The notes under the pieces are model-generated. The model saw nothing but the letters and a program-made list of their open reading frames with translations, did not search any database and was not told the DNA's origin. Both the position numbers and the translations under genes were made by a program. Source: Callorhinchus milii (Eukaryota). From it: a stretch of DNA of 64,000 nt. Below, piece after piece: positions 12,080 through 21,100 of this stretch (its first letter is position 1; every line of letters begins with the position of its first letter). The DNA lies in NCBI RefSeq assembly GCF_018977255.1, contig NW_024704744.1, positions 75,268,001 to 75,332,000 of the forward strand. The letters run 5' to 3'.

Positions 12080-15000
12080 GTGAGTAAACAGCCAGACCGT
12101 CTCCCAGACCGTCTCCCAGACCGTCTCCCAGACCGTCTCCCAGACCTCTCCCAGACCGTCTCCCAGACCTCTCCCAGACCGTCTCCCAGACCGTCTCCCA
12201 GACCTCTCCCAGACCCTCTCCCAGACCCTCTCCCAGACCCTCTCCCAGACCGTCTCCCAGACCGTCTCCGTGTCCCTGAAGAAACCTCAGCCTCGAATAA
12301 CGGTGGTGTTTATGTTTTGCAGATGTTTGTCCAGACGTTGGGGTTCTGCAGCCCGAGGTGCTGACTGTGAGGGCGGGTCAGACCGCCTCTCTGGAGTGCG
12401 ATGTGAGGAAACATGAAGGGTACTACATGCAATGGTACAAGCAGGTCCCGGGGGAGGCGCCGCGCTTTCTGCTCCAGTTCGTTTACTCAGAGAATAAACA
12501 CGAGAAATACGGCTCCGGCTTCTCCAAAGACCGCTTCACAGGCAAAGGGGACAGCACCGGAGCAGTTTATCACCTGATCATCAACAGTGTGGAGTTGGCG
12601 GACACGGGGCTGTATCACTGTAAAAAGACCTACAAAACGAGCAGCGGCACCGTACCACAGTGACAGAGGCCGTGACAAAAACCAGCACAGGTCCAGCCAG
12701 CGGATAGCGCAGCCCGGAGCGGCCTCCCCGCAGCCCAGCACAGTCTGATGAGCAGCCGGGATACGCCGCAAAGTGACTCGACTGCGGGGCCAACGCAGTC
12801 CTTCACCGAGTGAGGAACGCACCGGACGGCGAGTGAGGGGTTGCAGAGGAGTTTGCCGAATGCCTGCGGCTCTGCTGCGGCTCTGCTGGAGCTCTGCTGG
12901 GGCTCTGCTGCGGCTCTGCTGGGATCGTGTGCAGCTCTTACTATCATTATCATCGTTGGGAAGCGGCTGCGAGCCGTGACCAGCAGCGACCTGGAGGGCG
13001 GCTGATGGGAAGCAACTGGCGGGGGCTTCTGAGCTGGAAATCCGGGCTGTGGGTATCGGGTCAGGGTCCGGGGGCGACTGCAACACTGTGAGTGAAGGTG
13101 TTCGGCGGAGGGACGAAGCTGATCGTCACAGGTGAGTTACAGCCGCTTCTCCTTGTGTTGCTGTACCGGGAGGGAGGGGGGGAGGGGGGGAGAGGGGGAG
13201 AGGGGGGGAGGGAGGGAGGGGGGGGCAGCACCAGCAGCGGCTGCTGTTTTAATATGAATTGAATGTTTTTGTCAGAGTTTTTGCATTGCACTTTGTAAAG
13301 CTCCCCCTCCCCCCCCCCCCCTGTGGTCAGACCGACAGCGAGGGACCCGCTTCCCAGCAGCTCCTCCCCACAGGCTCTGTCACTCCAGCTGTTCCCGGCA
13401 GCACTGACTGCCTGACTCCTGGCTGGACATTCCCAGCTCAGCCTGGACACTGCAAACAGCCCGCGCTGCTGTTTGGGAGAAGAGACTTTCTCCCGGAGTC
13501 AGTATTCCTTCTTACTGTTTGTGGGACATTGCTGTCCGCAATTGGCTGCCGCGTTCGCCCACAAATATACAGTCAATTCACTTTACAGTGTGTTCTGTGA
13601 AGCGCTTTGGGACGTCCTCCCGACGTGAAAAGCGCTATATCAAATGCAAGAATTATTATTATTATTATTATTATTACGCCGCACCAGCAGATCATCCCGA
13701 CTGTGTGTGTGGGGGGAGGGGTGGGGGGTGGGGGCTGTATGTGTGGGGGGTGGGTGCTCTGGGTGTGGGTGGGGGGGGGGTGGGTTGCTGTGTGTGTGGG
13801 TGCTTTGTTGTGTGTGTGGGGGGGATGGTGGGGTGGGTTACTATATGTGTGGGGGGGGTCGGGGATGGGGGGTTGCTGTGTGTGTGTGGGGGGGGTCGGG
13901 GATGGGGGTTGCTGTGTGTGTGTGTGGGGGGTCGGGGATGGGGGTTGCTGTGTCTGTGTGTGTGTGGGGAGATGGGGGTTGCTGTGTGTGTGTGTGGGGA
14001 GATGGGGGTTGCTGTGTGTGTGTGTGGGGGGGGGGAGATGGGGGTTGCTGTGTGTGTGTGGGGGGGTCGGGGATGGGGGTTGCTGTGTGTGTGGGGGGGG
14101 AGATGGGGGTTGCTGTGTGTGTGGGGGGGGGAGATGGGGGTTGCTGTGGTGTGTGTGTGTGTGGGGGGTCGGGGATGGGGGTTGCTGTGTGTGTGGGGGG
14201 GGGTCGGGGATGGGGGTTGCTCTGTGTGTGTGTGGGGGGGTCGGGGATGGGGGTTGCTGTGTGTGTGTGGGGGGGTCGGGGATGGGGGTTGCTGTGTGTG
14301 TGGGGGGGTCGGGGATGGGGGTTGCTGTGTGTGTGTGGGGGGGGGAGATGGGGGTTGCTGTGTGTGTGGGGGGGTCGGGGATGGGGGTTACTGTGTGTGT
14401 GTGTGGGGGGGTCGGGGATGGGGGTTGCTGTGTGTGTGGGGGGGTCGGGGATGGGGGTTGCTATGTGTGTGGGGGGGGAGATGGGGTTGCTGTGTGTGGG
14501 GGGTTCGGGGATGGGGGTTGCTGTGTGTGTGTGTGGGGGGTGGTCGGGGATGGGGGTTGCTGTGTGTGGGGGGGGTCAGGGATGGGGGTTGCTGTGTGTG
14601 TGTGGGGGGAGGGGTCGGGGGTTGCAGTCACTACTGTAGTGACTGTGTGAAGCGCTGGCTGAGTTGCTCTCACCTGATGCAGGTTGTATTGGGCGCCTTT
14701 CCGATACAAACCCGGAGTACTGAGCACTGACTGAGCCGCTGTGTGTCTGCGTCCGTCTCACCTTCGGTCCGACTTTCATTGCAGGTCTGCAGCTCCCACC
14801 GCCTTCAGTGTCTGTGCTGCGAGCTGCCGAGCCGGGCGGGGGCGGGGACCGTGCCGTGCTGGGCCAGGCCAGGCTGGTGTGCCAGGTCACCAAGCTGTCG
14901 GTGGGATTAGTTGACGTGGAATGGGTGGTGGACGGGAATTCCACCTCGATCGAGGCGCAAACCAGTCAACCTGTGCGGGAGCCGGACAACACGTACACTC

Positions 15001-15116
15001 TGAGCAGTTACCTGAGCGTCCCGGCCGCAGACTGGCACCAAGGCAAGGTGCACTCGTGCCGAGTCCGGCAGGGAGGCAGCCTGACCCAGCGGGACATCAG
15101 CAGCGCTGCCTGTTAG
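12031..15116 (+). CDS. IGL: Immunoglobulin light chain cluster (L-V-J-C, unrearranged), sigma-family isotype
   Basis: Leader 12031-12079, V 12323-12655, J 13091-13131 and C 14785-15116, with in-phase GT/AG sites and RSSs. The long CDR2 followed by YGSGFSKDRF and the C motif LSVGLVDVEW...SSYL resemble sigma light chains from recall; sigma versus sigma-2 is not resolved. Confidence 0.93.
12092..12268 (+). repeat. 12-bp tandem repeat (ccagaccgtctc) in the L-V intron
   Basis: About 15 visible units; accounts for the spurious PDRL ORF. Confidence 0.9.
12323..12655 (+). CDS. IGL: IgL V exon
   Basis: Acceptor ttttgcag; translation ...LEC...WYKQVPGEAPRF...DTGLYHC keeps the canonical Cys/Trp/Cys of a V domain. 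Confidence 0.95.
12656..12683 (+). other. V recombination signal sequence, 12-bp spacer
   Basis: CACAGTG + acagaggccgtg + ACAAAAACC: perfect consensus heptamer and nonamer. Confidence 0.97.
13052..13090 (-). other. J recombination signal sequence, 23-bp spacer, degenerate nonamer
   Basis: Heptamer CACTGTG at 13084-13090 abuts J; at 23-bp spacing the nonamer is GGTATCGGG (5/9 match to GGTTTTTGT). Confidence 0.75.
13091..13131 (+). CDS. IGL: IgL J segment VKVFGGGTKLIVT
   Basis: FGxG motif, phase-1 donor GTGAGT at 13132. Confidence 0.95.
13515..13676 (+). mobile_element. 5'-truncated Deu-domain SINE with (ATT)n tail in the J-C intron
   Basis: Matches the 3' half of the abundant SINE; absent from the paralogous copy at ~6950. 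Confidence 0.85.
13705..14625 (+). repeat. G-rich minisatellite in the J-C intron (unit ~ggggatgggggttgctgtgtgtgtgggggggtc)
   Basis: Roughly 25 variable 30-36 bp units; accounts for the long Gly/Val/Cys ORFs. Confidence 0.92.
14785..15116 (+). CDS. IGL: IgL C exon
   Basis: Acceptor cattgcag; C1-set domain LVC...W...YTLSSYL...HSC with terminal Cys (SSAAC*) for heavy-chain linkage. Confidence 0.95.
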
Positions 15117-15232
15117 CCCGGGCTAACCCCCGCACCCACCGAGGGCGCTCCTCCTGTGCGCAACGCTTCATCTTTGCAGCGTTTGAGGCCACGGACCTGT
15201 GGAGTATCACAGGACGGGGTCGTCTTCTAATG

Positions 15233-15238
15233 AATAAA
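15233..15238 (+). terminator. IgL polyadenylation signal AATAAA
   Basis: First AATAAA, ~115 bp after the C stop codon. Confidence 0.75.
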
Positions 15239-15844
15239 AAAAAACATCTTAAGTCACGTTTTCTGTGCTTTTTTACCCCCCCCCCCCTCCCCCCAAGGAT
15301 CGGGAGGGTTTCGAACCGGTTTGGTACTTCCTCAAGTAGAAAGTGCAACACCAGTATATCTAGACTTTGCAGTGGTTGCGCAGAGCCGGAGGCTTAGAGT
15401 TGCTCGGCACAGGCAGAAAGAAGGGAGAGCAGAAAATATTTCTTCACAGAAGACTGACGATGGGCAAAGCAATTGGTCAGAAAAGGGATGTGGAGTTGAG
15501 AAGTGCCCGGGTTAAGGAATTCATAAATAAACTTGCATTTGGTACAGTGCTTGTGTCACGTCGTCGAAACATCCCAAAGGCAAATGAGACAGCACATAGC
15601 AATGTCCCACAAGCAGTGCCACCGTGAATGACCAGGGCTTAGGCGATTTGTATTGATACAGAGGCTTTTGCCTCTGCAGGGAAGGCTCACAGGACCTGAC
15701 GTGGTTGGCTGGACACACTAGATGGAGTGGGAGGGGGAAAATGACTGAAAGCCCAGGCATCTTTTGAGACTGGTCTTGAATTGAAGGAGGGAGCGAGCGA
15801 GTCGGAAGGACTCCGATGGTGGGGCGAATAGAGCAGGTGACTGC

Positions 15845-16336
15845 AGCCCATGTCCTCTCCCGCACCAAACTCCGTGACCCCCATCTCCCCTACTCTCGCC
15901 CGACTCCACTGGTTCCCTATCCTTCAGAGGATCCAGTTCAAGATCCTGGTCCTCACATACAAAGCCCTCCATGGCCTCGCCCCACCCTACCTCTGTGATC
16001 TCCTAACCCACTACCAACCCGCCCTTTCCCTTCGCTCAGCCGGCTCTGGCTTGTTCTACATTCCCCGCCCCACCATTGACGGGAGAGCCTTCAGCCACTC
16101 TGCCCTCAACCTCTGGAATTCCATCACCCAATCACTCCGCCTGCCCCCTCCTTAGTCTCCTTCAAGTCCCACCTCAAGACCCTCCTCTTTGACCATACCA
16201 TCGGCCACCCCCCTTCCCCTCCCTTACCCCCCCCCAACCCCAGCTCGGGTCTGAAATGTTGTACTCTGTCCAGTGCCTTGGGACGTCCTCCCAATGTGAA
16301 ATGCGCTATACAAATGTAATCTTATTGTTGTTGTTG
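15845..16336 (+). mobile_element. L2 LINE 3' fragment
   Basis: [33 protein letters not shown] followed by the gttgtt tail. Confidence 0.88.
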
Positions 16337-16404
16337 TGACGTGAAACAGGCTGGTGCTCACTGAGCGAAGGGAGCAGCCGGGTCAGCAGGATTAAAGGTC
16401 GCAG

Positions 16405-16688
16405 AAGGCGAGACCATGGAGGGATTTCATGGTGAGAACTCGGTTCTCTGTTTCTCTAACTTGATCCCTGGCCCTGCATGGCTAGTGGAATTTTAGCCAC
16501 TGATCTTTTACCATAATAATAAATAATAATAATCCTTGCATTTGATATAGCATGCAAGGATTATTATTATTTATTATTATGGTAAAAGATCAGTGGCTAA
16601 AATTCCACTAGCCGTGCAGGGCCAGGGATCAAGTTAGAGAAACAGAGAACCAAGTTCTCACCATGAAATCCCTCCATGGTCTCGCCTT
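16405..16688. repeat. Long palindrome, 137-bp arms, 10-nt loop
   Basis: 16405-16541 equals the reverse complement of 16552-16688 with 2 mismatches. Confidence 0.95.
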
Positions 16689-17510
16689 GTTGAGAGTTCA
16701 AGCCCCACGTAGAGAATTTGATCTCACGGTCTAGGATGACGTTCCAGTGAGGGCTGGGGGAGCAAAGCGTTGTCAGAGATGCCGTCCTTTAGATGAGACA
16801 ACGAATTGAGTTCCTGTCTGCCTGTTGAAGTGGATGTTAAAAAAAAAAACCTGTGAAGCTATTTGAAAGAGAAGGGAGTTTCTCCGGTGTCCTGGCCAAC
16901 AATCCCCCAGATAATAATCGGTCACTCACTTCATGGCTGTTTGTGGGACATTGCCTGTTCGCCAACAAAATACAGTCACTACACTTTTACAGTGATGACT
17001 ATGATGTTAACATTAGAAAAGCTGCATGAAATGCAAGGAATAATATTATTATAACCACTTCCCTTGAAAACATCTCAAGTTAAAAATTTATAGATCGTAT
17101 TAACCAGCATTGGTATTGAGACCTCCCTCTTTGTCAATCCCAAGAGCCATTCTCCAAACCAATTGATCTCTTTGTTAGAAACTAAAGCACGTCTTACACC
17201 ATCATCCACAACATGTTGCCTATTAATCACCCACAAAACAGTCACTCCATGTTACAGTAAATCCCGTGAAGCGCTTTGACATGAAAAGAAATTGCAAGGA
17301 TTTGATACGATTATTACATCTCCTGTAAAATGAAATGGGCTTCACTTAAAGTCAACGTTGTGGCAGTGACACCTCACAGCAGAAATCTTCATTTACTTAT
17401 TTGGACAAAATATACCAGTGTTTCTTTGCATTCCTCTTGCAAATTGGAGCTGGGCTGAAATGCCCCCGTTTTATGTATTGTTTATCAATGGTGTAACATG
17501 CAGCTGGTTC

Positions 17511-18170
17511 CTATGGAGTAATGTTATCAAGGACACCAGGGAAACTCCCTGCTCTTCTCCGAAGAGGCTTTTCTTCACTAGGAATAAGACAGAATCCCTT
17601 TTTGTTACCATCTTGAAGATTTCTGCTGTACGATGGTGCCCATGCTGACTCGGGGCTCCTGGCAGGGAAGCTTGGAGCCGCGGAGGGTGGAGATACAGTC
17701 CTTCGTGGACGTGAGAGATCACCGGCACCTGGCATCCAGTCAGAGTGGGATGTGGGGCTTTGCTGAGGTCTGAAAGGATTGTTCCTGGAGGCGGGAGTGG
17801 TACCGGAACTCGTGAACTCATCACTTTTGCATTGGGCTCCGCACGCCAGGAACCAATCCGATCTGATAAAAGTGTCATCCCTTGGAGGCGAGACGAGCGG
17901 CACCCCCTTCCTCCTGCGAGGTGGGACGATGGGGGCCGTGCTCGAGCATCCCGACAGCGGGTCCAGCTCGCTCCACAAATCCTGGGCAGGAATACTGACA
18001 TCCTGCTCTCTTGAGGCTGGTGTGTGCTTCAGTGCACAATGCATTGCAGGGGACTGGCTCAGCACAGGTTGTGGTTTAGGCACCACTGGCGTCTCTGGGT
18101 GGCAAGAATCTGACGAGCACAGTGTGAACTGCATGGGCTCCTGTGTGCTCCTGCCCTCCGCTCTCGTGGT
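17511..18170 (-). CDS. SYNJ2: SYNJ2 terminal coding exon (QFTL...PVVPKP...VPPRRRK)
   Basis: Strong polypyrimidine acceptor, phase 0, open to the stop at 17511; short motifs match the SYNJ2 tail. Confidence 0.82.
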   Translation of the reverse strand, partial: TTRAEGRSTQEPMQFTLCSSDSCHPETPVVPKPQPVLSQSPAMHCALKHTPASREQDVSIPAQDLWSELDPLSGCSSTAPIVPPRRRKGVPLVSPPRDDTFIRSDWFLACGAQCKSDEFTSSGTTPASRNNPFRPQQSPTSHSDWMPGAGDLSRPRRTVSPPSAAPSFPARSPESAWAPSYSRNLQDGNKKGFCLIPSEEKPLRRRAGSFPGVLDNITP

Positions 18171-21100
18171 CTGGAGAAGGAAGAGAGAATATTAGCACCA
18201 GGTTTTATTCTTACAAAATTAAAAAAAAAAATTCATCGGTTCAAAACACCACATGTGGTTTGGTACTTTGTCATACTGTGTGTCAGCCTGGCTCAGTGGT
18301 AGAGCTCTCGCCTCTGAGTCAAAAGATTGTGGGTTCAAACCCCACCTTGGGAATCACATAGTCTATGCTGACGCTCCAATTTAGTGCTAGGGGTTGTCAC
18401 ATTGTCAAAGGTGCTGTCCTTCAGATGAAACCTCTCTCCCGGTGTCCTGGCCAACAATCCATGGCGGTTTGTGGGACATTGCTGTGTGCAAACTGGCTGC
18501 CACATTTCACACACAAAATACACACACTCCATTTTACAATATATCCTGTGAAGCATTTTGAGACATCTCAACGACGTAATAAGGCACCATATCAAATGCA
18601 ATGATTACTATATATAAAAATTCAAGCATTACTTTCTGAAAACAAAGCGTAAGGTTACAGCCCTTACTTCTAGTCCTCATCTTCACATCCCTCCATGTCT
18701 CACTCCATCCTCACTTTGTAAGCAACCCTACTGACCTGGTCACTCCCTTTGTTCACTGTTATAAACACTAGATGTATATGTTTACACATTTAAAATCACA
18801 TCATAGTTAATTACTTGCCAGCACCACAGGGCAAATTTGCAAACAGAAAACTGAGCAGAGGAGCACTTAGAAACAAACTCATTACACAGAGCTGTGTGGA
18901 GTATTGTCATTTATTGATTAGAGCAATCGCCTCACAAGCAAGAGGACCCAGGTTCGATTCCCAGGCGGGGAAAAACCTTAGGCAAGTTTCCTTACTCCAC
19001 AAGACCCTCAACTCTGGTCCGAAGCACTGATTGACCAGCGCCTTGCGACATTCTCCTGACGTGAAAGGCGCTATACAAATGTAATTTTGTGGTTTACCTA
19101 GCAGTAAATAGGAACCCGGTTGTTAGTCAATTTGTGGATTGCTTGCATGGGATAATAATCCCTCCGAAGGGAAAAAAAATGTGGTCACTCAATCCACGAC
19201 TGATTGTGGGACACTGCGCAATTGGCTACTATGTTTTTCCCACATAATACACAATCAATCCATTTTACACTGTATCCTGTGAAGTGCTTTGAGACGTCTG
19301 AACGGCGTGATAAGGCACTATATCAAATGCAAGGATTATTATTATAACTGAGGCAACTTACCAAGTCAGAGTTTCCCCCTCGGCCCTTTGGCAGGGCTGG
19401 TCTGGCAGGCAATAGGCTTCTCACCAGTGTGTGACTTGGGGCCATGAGGGGAGCAGAAGGGAACTTTGTGTTGGCTTTACCAGCAGCCCGGGGCATAGTG
19501 AATGACTGCATTGCGGCCGGACGCTTTGAGCAGGATTCTACAATTAACATTGCTGAAACAGGAAAGGAAACAACAATAATAATAATCCTTGCATTAAATA
19601 TAGCGCCTTATCACGTTGTTGAGACGTCTCAAAGCGCTTCGCAGAATATACTGTAAAGTGAATTGACTGTATATTCTGTGGGCAAAACGCGGGCAGCCAA
19701 TTGTGCGTTTCAGTGTCCCACGAACAGCCATGGATTGAATGACTACATTTTTTAAAAAAAATTATTTATGAAGGGATTATTATCTCTGGAAAGTGACTAA
19801 CAACCGGATTCCTACTCACTGCTAGGTTAATAGAGGCGTGTGGAGTAAGGAAACCTGCCTAAGCTTTCGCCGTGCCCGGGAAACCAATCCACTCTGGTCC
19901 AGCCTCACACTCGGTTGCAGTTTTTATGCCTTTTGTTCTGGACATACACAGGTGTCAGTCTGGCTCAGATGGTCGCTCTCTCACTGGGTTTCAAGCCCCA
20001 CCTCAGGATTTTGAACTCCAATGAATCGAAGCACCATATCAAATACGGAGATAACCTTCTCCTTCCACATCGGAGAACGTCTCAAAGTACTTCACAGGAT
20101 TTAACGTAAAGTGTAGTGACTGTGTGTTTGTAGGTGAAAGCGGCAGCTAATTTTCACACAAATTGTCCCGCAAACAGCAATGAAGTGAACGATTTTAAAC
20201 CTTGGTTTAAAATCTCACCTGAAGGACGGCACCTCTGACAATGCAGTGATCCCCCCAGCACTGCCCTGGAGCATCAGCCTAGACTGTTAGCTCAGAGTCC
20301 TAGATGTGGGGCTTGAACCCACAACCTTCTGACTCAGAGGCACAAGTGGCCTGTTTAATGAGGTTATATCACTTAAGATTACATCACTCTAACTGATGTT
20401 ACTGTGTAAACCGACTGCAACAAAAAGAAAGGAACATCTATTCTCTCACCCATATAAACCAGCACCAGCACAGACATGATGGGGAGAGAGCAGGGAACAG
20501 GATTAGAGTAGAGAGCTCCAATGGAGTCATTTACTTCATTGCTGTTTGTGGGACATTACCGTGTGCAGGACTACTGCTGTGCTCACCTACAAAATGCCCA
20601 GTCACTAGACTTTACAGAAATATGTGAAGTATTTTGAGACATTTGATATTATAGAAGCCATATTAATTGCTGGGATTATTTTATTATTTTTATATTACAT
20701 TAACAACCAGTGTAACCAATTCACACTTATCCGAGACTCCACGGGGCAATCAATGTAAAGGATTTCACACTTACCTGAGACTCTGTGGGATGTTCAGTGG
20801 GAGTTAAACAGATAACTGCAGGTGTCTGGAGCTCCCTCCGTACACCTCCGCTGCTGGTGGTCAGAACCACTCTGTAACCCACATCCTGACCTGAAATTGG
20901 AGCCATCGCTATCGGTGTCAGGCCTAAACAGTGACCGCTGATGAGGCCAGACTGACCCCGTGGCTGAACCGCTCACCTGATTTCCCTTCCATTAGGTGTT
21001 TTATTGCCTGTTCTGCTTCCGCAGCCGACGACGTTTTAATTTGCGACACGTTGTACGGCCTGCTTATACCACTCCTGCAGGACGGCTGAAAAGCAGATGG

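Noticed and set aside
12718-12760. Cryptic heptamer CACAGTC and a CTGATGAG hammerhead-like start in the V-J interval
   Set aside because: No nonamer at the right spacing; no GAAA core or supporting stems.
13264-13272. Near-consensus nonamer TGTTTTTGT in the J-C intron suggesting a second J
   Set aside because: No heptamer at 12- or 23-bp spacing and no FGxG motif downstream.
13519-14730. Long Gly/Val/Cys-rich ORFs (331-403 aa) and the His/Pro/Thr-rich mirrors at 6.5-7.0 and 52 kb
   Set aside because: Translations of stop-free low-complexity repeats.
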